From Gemmatimonadales bacterium (GTDB lineage: Bacteria; Gemmatimonadota; Gemmatimonadetes; Gemmatimonadales; GWC2-71-9), in the NCBI GenBank assembly GCA_050733215.1, contig JBOHSN010000005.1, forward strand, positions 5,322 to 69,321: DNA of 64,000 bases, in the 5' to 3' direction. The notes under the pieces are model-generated. The model did not search any database, was not told the DNA's origin, and worked only from the letters and a program-made list of their open reading frames with translations. The position numbers were made by a program, and so were the translations under genes. Shown here piece after piece: positions 19,052 through 29,352 of this stretch (position 1 is the stretch's first letter; every line of letters starts with the position of its first letter).

Positions 19052-20320
19052 GGCGATGACCTCGCGTGCCGCCCGCTGGCCGGTTTCGATGGCGCCGTGC
19101 ACCGACGCGTGCTCCCCACCGGTGTGCGTCGCTTCTCCCGCAAAGAAGAGCGTTCCCTCCACCGGCTCGGCGAGCCGCGACTGCGCGCCTTCGCCGCCGG
19201 CGATCGGGTAGCTGTACGCGCCGCGGGCCCATGGGTCCGCGGACCAGTCGTGCGTGCGCCCATCCACGAGGAGCTCACGGAGCCGGGCTGTGGAGAGCCC
19301 GAACGCGGTCGCCAGCGTGTCCATGCCCGTGGCGATCACCGCGTCGTCCTCCCATCCCGCAAAGCGCGCCGCAGCGGGACCGCCGGCCCAACCCACCAGC
19401 AGCGGAGCGCGGACCGGGGCAGGGGTCCACCACGTGGGCAACGAAGCGTCGGGCAGGTGGATGAAACCGACCGGAGCGTCCGCGTGCTGAGCCCCCGGCA
19501 GCTCATCCCACCAGCTCGTGCGGAACCTGAGCACGACCCGAACGGCGGCCCCGGTGGCGATATCCCTGAGCGCGGCATCTTTCGCCGGCAGCGCGGGATC
19601 GAACGTCGGCCCCGCGCGGCCCGCGAGCACCGCGGCCGGGACGGTGACCACCACCGCCCGCGCGCGTATCGGCGCGCCAGTCGCACGCTCGACGTCGGCG
19701 GAGCCCGGCGCCCAGCGGATGCGGGTCACCGCCGCACCGAGCTCGACCGCCTCGGCCGGGAGGCCGCGGCGCAGGTGATCGACGAGCGATGCGTAGCCGC
19801 TCAGGATGCGGAACCCGGTGCTGAACCCGGAGCCTTCGCCGCTCTCGACCTTGGCGAATGCGCGGGCGCTCGCCCGCTCGGCGTCCGCCGCGTGAAACCC
19901 CTCGACGTACCGGAGCAGCACGGCGGCCGCATCGGGCGTGAGCGACATTCCCCGGAGCAGATCCGCGATCGGCCGGTCGACGTCGAGGGCGAGGGCTCGC
20001 GTCGTCAGTTCCGCGAGCGGGCCGCCCAGGCTGGGAGCGGGAACCAGGCCGCCGTCCCGCGCGAGGTCGTGTCGCTCACCGACCGCGACGATCGCGAGGC
20101 CGGCCGCTCGCACGACCTCCCAGATCTCGCCGGGGCAGCCGTGGACGAACTCGGCGCCGAGCTCGAGCGGGAGGGGAAAGCCGGGCGCGTGGTGGGTGAG
20201 GATGCGCCCGCCGATCCGGTCTCGTGCCTCGAGCACCTGGACGGCGAGTCCGGCGGCGACAAGCGAGCGGGCGGCCGCAAGCCCGGCGGCGCCCGCGCCC
20301 ACGACGACGACATCGGTCAT
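19040..20320 (-). CDS. FAD-dependent amine oxidase (flavin monoamine oxidase family)
   Basis: 426-aa ORF. N-terminal dinucleotide fold [40 protein letters not shown]-terminal LFFAGEATH. Confidence 0.85.
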   Translation of the reverse strand: MTDVVVVGAGAAGLAAARSLVAAGLAVQVLEARDRIGGRILTHHAPGFPLPLELGAEFVHGCPGEIWEVVRAAGLAIVAVGERHDLARDGGLVPAPSLGGPLAELTTRALALDVDRPIADLLRGMSLTPDAAAVLLRYVEGFHAADAERASARAFAKVESGEGSGFSTGFRILSGYASLVDHLRRGLPAEAVELGAAVTRIRWAPGSADVERATGAPIRARAVVVTVPAAVLAGRAGPTFDPALPAKDAALRDIATGAAVRVVLRFRTSWWDELPGAQHADAPVGFIHLPDASLPTWWTPAPVRAPLLVGWAGGPAAARFAGWEDDAVIATGMDTLATAFGLSTARLRELLVDGRTHDWSADPWARGAYSYPIAGGEGAQSRLAEPVEGTLFFAGEATHTGGEHASVHGAIETGQRAAREVIASLR

Positions 20321-20329
20321 ACAGCCAGC

Positions 20330-20357
20330 GGATAGCCGAGAGCGGATAGCGGATAGC
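20330..20357. repeat. one-armed heptamer array (GGATAGC CGAGAGC GGATAGC GGATAGC)
   Basis: Same GGATAGC unit as elements A and C. It fills the 39-nt spacer between the permease stop (20360) and the amine-oxidase start (20320). No inverted partner. Confidence 0.9.
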
Positions 20358-20359
20358 GT

Positions 20360-21574
20360 TCACTCATATCTCAACGCCACGACGGGATCCAACCGCGCTG
20401 CTCGGCGCGCCGGCCAGATGCCGAAGAAGAGTCCCACCGCGGCGCTGAACACGAACGCCACCGCCACCGCATACGGCGAGATGAGCGTGTTCCACTGGAG
20501 GAAGCGCGAGAGCGCGACCGCCGCGCCGGTGCCGACGACGATGCCGAGCATGCCGCCGGCGACGCAGAGCACCAGCGCCTCGATCAGGAACTGGAGCTGG
20601 ATGTTGCCACGAGTGGCGCCGAGCGCCATCCGCACCCCGATCTCGCGGGTCCGCTCGGTGACCGAGACCAGCATGATGTTCATGATGCCGATGCCGCCGA
20701 CCAGCAGGCTCACGGCCGCAATGCTGGCCAGCAGGTAGGTGAACACCTCGGTGGCCTGCTGCTGGGTGGCGAGGAGGTCGCGCTGGTCGCGAATCGTGAA
20801 GTCGTTCGGCTGCCCGGGCCGGATGCGGTGCTCGCGGCGCAGCACCCGCTCCACGTCCACCATCCCCTGCTCGACCGGCACGCCGTCCCGCACTTCCAGC
20901 GCGAGCGAGCGGAGCCGCTTGGTGCCGAACAGCCGGTACTGCGCAGTGTTCAGCGGGATGAGGATCTGCTCGTCGGGGTTCATGAACCCGCCCGCGGCCC
21001 CCTTCGCGCTCAGCACGCCGATGATCTCGAACGGCACGCCGCCGATGTCCAGGGTCTGATTGACCATCGCGGCCGGATTGCCGCCGAGCATCTCCGGCAC
21101 CGACGCACCGAGCACCGCGTAGCGCCGGCGGGCGCCGTTGTCTCCCGCCGTGAACATCCGCCCGTACGTCACCGTGTAGTTCCGCACCGGCAGGTACTCC
21201 GGCGTCGTACCGACGAGTTGGAGGTTGGCGTTCTGGTTGCCGTACTTGACCTGCGAGTTCTGCGACATCTCCGGCACCACGGCCGAGAGGAGGGTCGCGT
21301 CGCGCTGGAGCGCGGCGTAATCGTCGGTGGAGAGGACCGTGGCGTCGGCGATCCGCACCATCCCGCTCCGCGCCTGGCCCGCGAAGACGGTGAAGACGTT
21401 GGCGCCGAGTGCCGCGATCCGGTCTTCCACGGCCCTCTGCGCCCCGCGTCCGAGCGCCAGCATCGTGATCACGGCCCCGACGCCGATTACGATGCCGAGC
21501 GCGGTGAGCATGGAACGCAACGCGTTGGCGCGGATCGACTGGAGCGCGGCGGCGATGATCTCTCCGAGCAGCAT
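20360..21574 (-). CDS. ABC transporter permease, MacB/FtsX family
   Basis: 404-aa ORF. N-terminal TM helix LRSMLTALGIVIGVGAVITMLALG, a large periplasmic domain, and a C-terminal FtsX-type 3-TM bundle (EIGVRMALGA). Confidence 0.9.
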   Translation of the reverse strand: MLLGEIIAAALQSIRANALRSMLTALGIVIGVGAVITMLALGRGAQRAVEDRIAALGANVFTVFAGQARSGMVRIADATVLSTDDYAALQRDATLLSAVVPEMSQNSQVKYGNQNANLQLVGTTPEYLPVRNYTVTYGRMFTAGDNGARRRYAVLGASVPEMLGGNPAAMVNQTLDIGGVPFEIIGVLSAKGAAGGFMNPDEQILIPLNTAQYRLFGTKRLRSLALEVRDGVPVEQGMVDVERVLRREHRIRPGQPNDFTIRDQRDLLATQQQATEVFTYLLASIAAVSLLVGGIGIMNIMLVSVTERTREIGVRMALGATRGNIQLQFLIEALVLCVAGGMLGIVVGTGAAVALSRFLQWNTLISPYAVAVAFVFSAAVGLFFGIWPARRAARLDPVVALRYE

Positions 21575-21585
21575 GAGCGGGCCGT

Positions 21586-23013
21586 TCAGCGCGGCGGGGT
21601 GGCGGGGGCGGCTCCCGAGGCGGGCGCGGCCTGCTGACGCATGCCTGGAAGGCCGCCGCCGCCGGTGACCCGGTTCATCCGCTCGCGCATCTCCTGCTGC
21701 GACTGAACCAGGCTCGCGCTCGGCAGCACCAGCACCGAATCTCCGGGCGCGAGCCCGTCGAGCACCTCGGTGTAGTCGAGGTCGGTGAGACCGGTGGTCA
21801 CCCAGACCGGCCGGGGCTCCGCGCTGTCCTTGACGAACACGATGTAGCGGGCGGTCTGGCCGGCCGGGCGGCCGGGCGGGCGGGCGGGCAGTGAGTCTCC
21901 GCTCCGCGCCGGCATCCGCTCGGTCCGCATCTCCCGCGTTGCGACGACCGGGGTATCGCGCCCGCCCGCCCGCCTGCCATCCTGTCCATTGGCCCGCCGG
22001 CCCGCCGGCCCCCCGGACGCCAGCTGCTCCTGCACCGCCCGGGCATCGAGCCCCAGCACCGCTGCCGCCGAGCCCGCGTCACGCTGGGTGCGGAGCGCGG
22101 CGTTCGGCACCGCGAGCACGTCGCGCCGCTCGCCCACATGGATCTCGATGTCGGCGTTCATTCCCGGGCGGAGCCGCCCGCCCTTATTGTCGATGCGGAT
22201 GCGTACGGGAAACGTGGTCACATTCTGGTTGACCACGGCCTGCGGCTCGATCTTGAGCACCGTGCCTTCGAACGGCCGGTTGGGATACGCGTCCACGGTC
22301 ACCGTGGCCTGCTGGCCCTTTGCCACCTTGCCGATGTCGGTCTCGTCCACCTGCGAGGTGACCTGCACCAGCTCGAGGTCGGCCATCTTGAGGAGGGTCG
22401 TGCCGCCGCCGACGTTCTGGGTGGCAGACGCAATCACCGAGCCGCGCTCGACACCCTTCTCGATGATGGTGCCGTCGATGGGCGCGCGGACGTCGGTGTC
22501 CTCCAGCTGGATCCGGGCGTTCTCCAGCGCCACCCTGGCCCGCACGACCGCAGCTTTCGCGTTCGCGTAGCTCAGGAGCACGTTCTCGCGGTCCTGCGCC
22601 GTGATGGCGCCGCTCCGGAACAGCTCTTCGGCGCGGTCCCGCTGCGCCTGGGTCGTGGTCTGCTGCGCGAGGGCCGCCTCGAGATCCGCCTGGGCCTGTG
22701 CAACCGCGTTCCGCAGCTGGCGTGGATCGATGCGAAGCAGCAGAGTTCCCCGCCGCACGGTCTGGCCGGTCTCGACCTTCACCTCCAGTACCTCGCCGGC
22801 GGCCCGGGTCTTCACTTCCACGGTGGTATCGGGCTGCACGGTGCCGCTCGCGTTGGCGGTGACCACGATGTCGCGCGGCCCGACGGCGACGGCCTGCCAG
22901 GGCGGGGGGATCGGCTGCTCCCGGCACCCCAGACCCAGGGCGAGCCAGGCCAGCGCTGCGAAGCGCCCGCTCCCGCCCGCTCCCGCCCTCTCCCGCCCTC
23001 GTCTCCTCCTCAC
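21586..23013 (-). CDS. efflux transporter periplasmic adaptor (HlyD/MacA family) lipoprotein
   Basis: 475-aa ORF. Its GTG start overlaps the ATPase stop (GTGA). Lipobox LALGLGC. Coiled-coil segment [27 protein letters not shown], then beta-barrel domains. Confidence 0.88.
   Translation of the reverse strand: MRRRRGRERAGAGGSGRFAALAWLALGLGCREQPIPPPWQAVAVGPRDIVVTANASGTVQPDTTVEVKTRAAGEVLEVKVETGQTVRRGTLLLRIDPRQLRNAVAQAQADLEAALAQQTTTQAQRDRAEELFRSGAITAQDRENVLLSYANAKAAVVRARVALENARIQLEDTDVRAPIDGTIIEKGVERGSVIASATQNVGGGTTLLKMADLELVQVTSQVDETDIGKVAKGQQATVTVDAYPNRPFEGTVLKIEPQAVVNQNVTTFPVRIRIDNKGGRLRPGMNADIEIHVGERRDVLAVPNAALRTQRDAGSAAAVLGLDARAVQEQLASGGPAGRRANGQDGRRAGGRDTPVVATREMRTERMPARSGDSLPARPPGRPAGQTARYIVFVKDSAEPRPVWVTTGLTDLDYTEVLDGLAPGDSVLVLPSASLVQSQQEMRERMNRVTGGGGLPGMRQQAAPASGAAPATPPR
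22965..23000. repeat. C-rich decamer array inside the 5' end of the adaptor gene
   Basis: gcccgc tcccgcccgc tcccgccctc tcccgccctc. It encodes the n-region [13 protein letters not shown] of the signal peptide. Confidence 0.85.
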
Positions 23014-23753
23014 GTCGCGAAGTCCCGCTCCACCCGTCCGTCCTTCAGATGGATCTGGCGGGAGGCATGCACCGCGATGTCGGCCTCGTGCGTCACGAGC
23101 AGGATCGTCTGGCCCTGCGCGTGCAGCTCCTCGAAGAAGCCCATGATCTCCTGACTCGTGGTGGAATCGAGGTTGCCGGTCGGCTCATCGGCGAGCAGCA
23201 GGCTCGGCCGGTTGACCAGCGCCCGCGCGATCGCCACCCGCTGCCGCTGCCCGCCGGACAGCTCGTTGGGGCGATGGTGCATGCGGTCGGCGAGGCCTAC
23301 CCGCGTGAGTGCCGTCTCCGCCATGCTGCGCCGCTCCTTCGCGCCGATCCCGGCGTACACCAGTGGCAGCTCCACGTTGTGCAGCGCCGATGCGCGGGGC
23401 AGCAGGTTGAAGGTCTGGAAGACGAACCCAATCTCCTTGTTCCGGATGCGCGCGAGCTCGTTGTCCTCCAGCTCCGACACCCGGTGACCGTTGAGCCAGT
23501 ATTCGCCGGCGGTGGGGCTGTCGAGGCAGCCGACCAGATTCATCAAGGTGGACTTGCCGGACCCCGACGCGCCCATGATGGCGACGAACTCGTTCCGTCG
23601 GATCACCAGGTCCACTCCCTGGAGGGCCCGCACCACCTCCCCGCCCATGGCGTATTCACGGCGCAGATTGCGGGTGACGATGATCGCGTCCCGGGGAACG
23701 TCCGGGGGCAGCTGGGCCATCCGCTCGGCGGTGCTTTCCAGGGTGGCGGCCAT
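23010..23753 (-). CDS. ABC transporter ATP-binding protein (MacB/LolD type)
   Basis: ORF 23010..23894; start set at ATG 23753 (MAATLEST..). Walker [10 protein letters not shown], signature [15 protein letters not shown], Walker [13 protein letters not shown]. Confidence 0.92.
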   Translation of the reverse strand: MAATLESTAERMAQLPPDVPRDAIIVTRNLRREYAMGGEVVRALQGVDLVIRRNEFVAIMGASGSGKSTLMNLVGCLDSPTAGEYWLNGHRVSELEDNELARIRNKEIGFVFQTFNLLPRASALHNVELPLVYAGIGAKERRSMAETALTRVGLADRMHHRPNELSGGQRQRVAIARALVNRPSLLLADEPTGNLDSTTSQEIMGFFEELHAQGQTILLVTHEADIAVHASRQIHLKDGRVERDFAT

Positions 23754-23811
23754 GTGTCTACTCCGATGCGTGCCGGGGAACTTTCGTCGCAGCCGCGGAC
23801 GAACAGCTTTG

Positions 23812-23962
23812 GCCGCGAATGAACGCGAACAACGCGAATACATCAAATAAAGCCGCGGATCGACGCAGATGAACGCTGATGTTGTTGGCGTCATCCGCGT
23901 TGATCAGCGTTCATCCGCGGCTGGATGTTGTTGATTCGCGTTCATTCGCGTTCATTCGCGGC
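23812..23962. repeat. nested tandem-repeat palindrome H built from CGCGAATGAA-type decamers
   Basis: Outer arms gccgcgaatgaacgcgaacaacgcgaatacatc (23812-23843) and gatgttgttgattcgcgttcattcgcgttcattcgcggc (23924-23962). Inner palindrome agccgcggat[cgacgca]gatgaacgctgat .. atcagcgttcatccgcggct. It shares ttgattcgcgttcattcgcggct with element I. Confidence 0.9.
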
Positions 23963-23974
23963 TGCAGTTGAATG

Positions 23975-25037
23975 CTAGCGGGGCACGAAGTCGGTCTCGC
24001 TGTCCACTGAACGGGCGAACGCCGCCAGCAGCCGAGCGGCCCGCTCGAGATCCTCCAGCGCCACCATCTCGTTCGGGCTGTGCATGTAGCGGTTCGGCAC
24101 CGAGACGAGGCCGGTGGCGATCCCGCGATGCGCCGTGTAGATGGCGTCGGCGTCCGTTCCGGTGTACTTCGGCGCCGCCTGAATGGTGAACGGGATCTGC
24201 TCCCGCTCGGCGGCCGCGACCAGCAGATCGAACACCGCCCCGTTCACCGCGGATCCGCGGGAGAGCACCACACCGGCGCCCAGCCGGATGTCGCCATGGC
24301 GCTTCTTCTCGATGCCGGGATAGTCGGTGGCGTGGGTCACGTCCACCACGATCGCGGCCTGGGCATCGAGCGACACCGCCGACGTGCGGGCCCCGCCACC
24401 CGTCGTGTAGGCGATCTCCTCCTGCGTTGTGGCCACGGCGGTCACCTGGCCCCCGGGACGGTCGGTCGCGAGGAGCCGCAGCGCCTCCAGCACCACGAAC
24501 GCGCCGATCCGGTTGTCGAGACTGCGGCTCACGATCCGTCCGTTGGGCAACTCCTGCACGGTCGCGGCCAGCACGCCGGCGTCGCCCACCCGGAGCCGGG
24601 TCTCGGCGTCGGCGCGATTGGAGGCGCCGATGTCGATCCAGAGGTCCTCGGGCTTCGAGACCTTGTCGCGGTCGGCCTTCTCCATGAGATGGATCGCCCG
24701 CTTGCCGATCACGCCCGGCACCAGCCCGGTCCGGCCCAGCAGGAGCACCCGCTGCCCGACGAACACCTGGCTGTCCCACCCGCCGATCGGATCGAAGTGG
24801 GCGTAGCCCTCGTCGTCGATGTGGACGACCATGAGCCCGATCTCGTCGATGTGCCCGGCGAACATTAGCCGCGGCGTCCCGCCCGGGTTGATCGTGGCGA
24901 GGGAGTTGCCGCCGACGTCGGCTCGCACCGCGTCGGCGAATTCCTCCGCCTCCGCGCGCCAGACCCGGGCGGGTGCGGTCTCGAAGCCGCGGGGTGTCGA
25001 GTAGCGACCGGAGGAACCTGAGCGAACGATCGTTCAT
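23975..25037 (-). CDS. M42-family metallopeptidase (glutamyl aminopeptidase/FrvX-like), interrupted by an apparent 1-nt frameshift near 24987-24992
   Basis: ORF 23975..24928 carries the body (MFAGHIDEIGLMVVHIDDEGY.. etc.). The expected N-terminus MNDRSLRFLRSLLDTP is in another frame (ORF 23952..25037), starting at ATG 25037, which overlaps the nhaP stop (ATGA). After ..DTP the reading GFETAPARVWRAEAEEFADAVRADVGG continues in the body frame. Confidence 0.75.
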
Positions 25038-26644
25038 GTAGTGTCCCCTGAGGCGTCAGGCCGCACGTGGGCGAGGCCGTGTCGCACCGCTTCGCGGTCC
25101 AGCTCCTGCTCCAGCGTGAGCAGCACCTCGTCGCTGATGTCGCCGCGGTCGCGCAGCTCGATCAGCGCCCCCCGCTCGGCCGCGAGCGTCTCGTGCCGTG
25201 CCCGCTTGAAGGCGGCCTCCGCCAGCGACGAGCTGCGCGGCGCGCCCGCGCGCAGCTCCGCGATGGCGCGCTTGCGCTCCTGATAATCGTCGCGCAGGTC
25301 TGCTACCGCGTGGTGCTCCACGATGCCCGGCATCGCCTCGAGCCGGGCGAGCGCGGCGGCCGCGGCCTGCTCCCGGGCGTGCGCCTCCTCCTGTTCCAGA
25401 TGCGTGTCCTCCGGCAGGCGCAGTCTCCGGATCAGCGGGGCCAGGCTCAACCCCTGCACCACGAGCGTCACGACGATCACGATGAACGTGATCAGGATCA
25501 GCTCGGCCCGGGACGGGAGCGGCGTGCCGTCGGCGGTGGTGAACGGCAGCGCGAGCGCCGCGGCCAGCGACACGATCCCCCTGAGCCCCGTCCACCCAAG
25601 CAGGAAAATGCTGGACCAGGGTGGCATCGGGTCGCGGGCGCGCAGGCTCGGGATCAGGCGTGGCGCAGCGGTGGCGATCGGCACCCAGACGAGCCGGGTG
25701 CCGATCGCGGCGGCGCTGACGATGAGTCCCTCGATGATGAGCGAGGGCAGCTCGCCGGGAGCCACCGATCCGGCCAGCGCCCGGAGCGACAGGCCGATCA
25801 GGATGAAGATGACGCCGTTCAGCGCGAAGAGGAGGAGGTCCCAGACCGCCCGCCCCTGGAGCCGGGTGGCTGGCGCGACGACCCGGCTGAAGTGCCGGCG
25901 CAGCAGCAGCCCGCCCGCGACGCACGCGAGCACGGCCGATGTGTGCGCCCGCTCCGCGAGCGACCACGCGATGTACGGCGCGAGCAGGGTGATGGCGATC
26001 TCGGTGAGCGAGTCGTGGAGGCGGTCCATGGCCAGCAGTGCGATCCACCCCACCGCGAGCCCGATGACGACGCCGCCGACGGCCGCCAGGACGAACCCGC
26101 CCACCGCGTCGCCCAGGCTGAACGACCCGGTCACCATCGCCACAACCGCCGTTCGGTAGAGCACCAGCGCGGTCGCGTCGTTGACCAGGCTCTCGCCCTC
26201 GAGGATCACGAGCACGCGATGCGGGATTCTCAGGCGGCGGAGCACCGCGGCCGCCGCCACCGCGTCCGGCGGCGAGACGATCGCGCCCAGCGCGACGGCG
26301 GCGGGCCACCCGAGTCCCGGCACCACCGCGCGCGCGACCACGGCCACCACCGCGGTGGTGGCCAGCACCAGTCCGATGGCAAGCAGCCCGATGGGCCGCA
26401 GGTTCGCCTTGAAATCGCGGAAGGACGTGAAGAAGGCCGCCGCCCAGAGGACGGGCGGCAGGAAGACGAAGAAGACAATGTCGGGGTTGATGCGCACCGG
26501 CGGAAGCCCGGGAACGAAGCCGAGCACGAGGCCGCCGAGCACCAGCAGAATGGGATAGGGGACGACGAGCCAGCGCGCGACCGCGGCCAGCGCGAGCACC
26601 GCCGCGAACAGCAGCGCGATCAGCTCGACGACCTGTTCCGTCAT
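25034..26644 (-). CDS. nhaP: Na+/H+ antiporter, CPA1 (NhaP-type) with C-terminal cytoplasmic domain
   Basis: 536-aa ORF. About 12 TM helices. PILLVLGGLVLGFVPGLP..DIVFFVFLPPVLWAAAFF, typical of the CPA1 N-terminus. Confidence 0.88.
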   Translation of the reverse strand: MTEQVVELIALLFAAVLALAAVARWLVVPYPILLVLGGLVLGFVPGLPPVRINPDIVFFVFLPPVLWAAAFFTSFRDFKANLRPIGLLAIGLVLATTAVVAVVARAVVPGLGWPAAVALGAIVSPPDAVAAAAVLRRLRIPHRVLVILEGESLVNDATALVLYRTAVVAMVTGSFSLGDAVGGFVLAAVGGVVIGLAVGWIALLAMDRLHDSLTEIAITLLAPYIAWSLAERAHTSAVLACVAGGLLLRRHFSRVVAPATRLQGRAVWDLLLFALNGVIFILIGLSLRALAGSVAPGELPSLIIEGLIVSAAAIGTRLVWVPIATAAPRLIPSLRARDPMPPWSSIFLLGWTGLRGIVSLAAALALPFTTADGTPLPSRAELILITFIVIVVTLVVQGLSLAPLIRRLRLPEDTHLEQEEAHAREQAAAAALARLEAMPGIVEHHAVADLRDDYQERKRAIAELRAGAPRSSSLAEAAFKRARHETLAAERGALIELRDRGDISDEVLLTLEQELDREAVRHGLAHVRPDASGDTT

Positions 26645-26647
26645 CCG

Positions 26648-27061
26648 CTAGCGGTCGATGAGCCGGCCCGGGCCGTTCGCCACGAGGAGCGCGAGCGCGG
26701 CCGCCGCCACGATCAGACCCGCCTGACCGACCCCGATGAAGTAGAACACCGCACCTGCGAGCGCCGCCGACTCGAGGAGCGCCCAGACCGGGATCGCCCG
26801 GCGCAGGTTCGCGGCCCACCACGCGTCGTCGCTCGTGCCGGAGCCACGTGCCGGAATGCGCGCTTTGAGGAAAAGAGCCGCCGTCACGGTGGTGAGCGCC
26901 ACCACGATGAGCGCCGGGAGCAGCGCGGGGGGAGCCGGGGCAAGCCCGGTCCGGCCGGTGGCGCGCACAGCGAGCAACCCGCCGCTCGCGAGCACCACCC
27001 CGGACAGCAGCGCGAGGTGAATGATGCGCGCGCTGGCGGCTGCCGACGGCTGGCCGGCCAT
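26648..27061 (-). CDS. hypothetical membrane protein (4 TM helices)
   Basis: 137-aa ORF, strongly hydrophobic, sitting 3-5 nt from both neighbouring genes. No family recognised. Confidence 0.6.
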   Translation of the reverse strand: MAGQPSAAASARIIHLALLSGVVLASGGLLAVRATGRTGLAPAPPALLPALIVVALTTVTAALFLKARIPARGSGTSDDAWWAANLRRAIPVWALLESAALAGAVFYFIGVGQAGLIVAAAALALLVANGPGRLIDR

Positions 27062-27065
27062 CCGT

Positions 27066-29252
27066 TCAGCGCCTCGCCACCCGGTACAGTACGACCCCGA
27101 GCGCGACGAAGATCAGAATCGCGAAAAGGTCACTCGCGGCGACCGCCCCCGCGCTCCGCTGGAGCCCGACCGCGTGCGCGAGGTAATCGGCCGCGGGCAC
27201 GCCGGCCGCGTCCGCCCGCCGGGCGAGCATCGCCGCCAGGCCGGCGACGAAGATCCCGGCGATGGCGCCGCCCGCGATCAACCCGCTCGAGAAGAGCACG
27301 CCGGGACCCGATTCGGATCCGGCCGAGCGACCCTCGCGCGACAGTTGCCGCTCCACCAGCCAGCGGATCACGCCCCCCGCGAACATCGCCGACGACGTCG
27401 AGATCGGCAGGTAGACCCCGACCGCCACCGGCAGCGACTGGAGTCCCATCAGCTCGATGGCGAGCGTGATGAACACGCCGATCAGGATGAGCGCCCACGG
27501 CAGCTGCTGCGTGAGGATGCCGTCGGTCACCAGCGCCATGATCGTTGCCTTGGGCGAGTCGAGCTTGGTGACCGGGGACCCGTTCAGCTCCTTCACCCTG
27601 CCGCCGATGCCGGGGTCCACCAGGAAGGCGATCTCGTTCGTCTTCGGATCCACCAGGTATTTGCCGGGGGCCACGCCCTCGGTCGGGAGGTTCACGCGGA
27701 GCACGCGGTATTCCTGCCCCGCGTGCGCCATGTTCTCGCCGTAGAAGGTGTAGCTCCGCTGGTCGGACGGGGTGTCCTCCATCCGGAACTCGACGCCCGC
27801 GTGCGGCTCGGGCACGACCGTGGTGTATGTGTTGTTGAGCAGCGTCAGCGTCCAGCCGATAGCGAGCGCGGACGTCACCGTGCCGATCAGCACCGCGAGC
27901 TGCTGAGAGCGCGGCGTGGCACCCACCAGGAAGCCGGTCTTGAGGTCCTGGCTCGTGGCGCCGGCATTGGCGGCGCTCACCGCGATCACCGCCGCGATCG
28001 AGATCGCCGCCACTCGGTAGTCGATGCCGGTCCAGCCGATCGCGAAGAAGATCACCGTCGTCCCGATCAGCGCGGCGATCGTCATGCCGGAGATCGGGTT
28101 CGCGCTGACGCCGATCTCACCGGTGATCCGGGAGCTGACGGTGACGAAGAAGAAGCCGAACACCACGATCAGCGCGGCGCCGAGCAGGTTCACCCCGACC
28201 TGGGGGAGCACCGAGATCAGGAGCGCCAGGGCGAGCGCGCCGCCGACGGTGACCCAGATGGGCAGATCGTTGTCGGTGCGGAGCCGCGAGGCGGCTTCGC
28301 CCATCGAGCCGCGGAGGTCCTGGAAGCCGTGGCGGAACGCTGACGCGATCGTCGGGAGCGCGCGGATGAGCGCGATGATCCCGGCCGACGCCACCGCGCC
28401 CGCCCCGATGTAGAACACGTAGTTCGCCCGGATCTGGCTGGGGCTCATCTCGGAGATGAGCGTCGTGGCCGGGAAGATCGGCGACGTGAGGCCGCTGCCG
28501 AACAGACTGATCGCCGGGATGAGCACGAGGTAGGCGAGCGTGCCGCCCGCGAACAGGAAGCCGGCGATGCGCGGGCCGATGATGTATCCCACGCCCATGA
28601 GCTCGGGCGAGACCTCCGCGGCGATCGAGGCGCCCGGGTAGCCGGGGATCGCGCGGCCGGGAACTTCCTTCCACGCCTTGAGCCCGGCCATCAGGAACTT
28701 GTAGGCGAAGGCGAGGCCGAACGCCTGGAACAGGAGCCGCGCGCGCAGGCCGCCTTGCTCGCCCGCGACCAGCACTTCGGCGCAGGCGGTGCCCTCCGGA
28801 TACGGGAGCCGTCCGTGCTCCTTCACGATCAGCGCCCGTCGGAGCGGGATCATCAGCAGCGCGCCGAGCACGCCGCCCACCAGCGCGATCACCGTCACTT
28901 TCGCGATGCTCAGGTCGTAGCCCATGAGCAGGATCGCGGGGATGGTGAACACGATGCCGGCCGCGATCGACTCGCCGGAGGAGCCGGTCGTCTGCACGAT
29001 GTTGTTCTCGAGGATCGTGGAGCGGCCGAGGGTGCGGAAGAAGGCGACGGCGAGGACGGCGATGGGAATCGAGGCGCTGACCGTGAGTCCGATCTTGAGC
29101 GCGAGGTACACGCTCGACGCGGCGAAGACGATCCCGAGGATCGCGCCGAGTGCCAGGGACCTGGGTGTGAACTCGGCCGGATGCTGGCTGGGTGGCACGT
29201 AGGGCTGGAACGCGGGCGCCTCGGGCTGAGGCGGCGGGGCGACGGTCGCCAT
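27066..29252 (-). CDS. OPT-family oligopeptide transporter
   Basis: ORF 27066..29417; start set at ATG 29252 (MATVAPPPQPEAPAFQPYVP..EFTPRSLALGAILGIVFAASSVYLALKIGLTVSASIP..QTTGSSGESIAAG). The many-TM topology is typical of the OPT family. Confidence 0.9.
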   Translation of the reverse strand: MATVAPPPQPEAPAFQPYVPPSQHPAEFTPRSLALGAILGIVFAASSVYLALKIGLTVSASIPIAVLAVAFFRTLGRSTILENNIVQTTGSSGESIAAGIVFTIPAILLMGYDLSIAKVTVIALVGGVLGALLMIPLRRALIVKEHGRLPYPEGTACAEVLVAGEQGGLRARLLFQAFGLAFAYKFLMAGLKAWKEVPGRAIPGYPGASIAAEVSPELMGVGYIIGPRIAGFLFAGGTLAYLVLIPAISLFGSGLTSPIFPATTLISEMSPSQIRANYVFYIGAGAVASAGIIALIRALPTIASAFRHGFQDLRGSMGEAASRLRTDNDLPIWVTVGGALALALLISVLPQVGVNLLGAALIVVFGFFFVTVSSRITGEIGVSANPISGMTIAALIGTTVIFFAIGWTGIDYRVAAISIAAVIAVSAANAGATSQDLKTGFLVGATPRSQQLAVLIGTVTSALAIGWTLTLLNNTYTTVVPEPHAGVEFRMEDTPSDQRSYTFYGENMAHAGQEYRVLRVNLPTEGVAPGKYLVDPKTNEIAFLVDPGIGGRVKELNGSPVTKLDSPKATIMALVTDGILTQQLPWALILIGVFITLAIELMGLQSLPVAVGVYLPISTSSAMFAGGVIRWLVERQLSREGRSAGSESGPGVLFSSGLIAGGAIAGIFVAGLAAMLARRADAAGVPAADYLAHAVGLQRSAGAVAASDLFAILIFVALGVVLYRVARR

Positions 29253-29317
29253 GCGAGATCCTGAGGAGAGCGGGGGTCCGGAAACGACGGGTGAGGAAGT
29301 GTACGGGGGTGAGCCGG

Positions 29318-29352
29318 GAGTGTCGAGTGTCGAGCGTCGAGGGCCGAGTGTC
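29318..29352. repeat. one-armed heptamer array (GAGTGTC x2, GAGCGTC, GAGGGCC, GAGTGTC)
   Basis: Five consecutive 7-nt units in the divergent spacer between the OPT start (29252) and the S8 protease start (29555). Confidence 0.85.

Noticed and set aside
24990-25030. Non-canonical ATC start in the body frame of the M42 gene to avoid invoking a frameshift
   Set aside because: The alternative frame from ATG 25037 gives a family-typical N-terminus and an ATGA coupling to nhaP. ATC initiation is rare and its product, TIVRSGSSGRYSTPR, looks non-homologous.
25056-27469. 588-aa (minus) and 800-aa (plus) ORFs across nhaP and its neighbours
   Set aside because: Off-frame or antisense to a well-supported membrane transporter. 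Extreme Arg/Gly/Asp/Glu content and no domain-like sequence.
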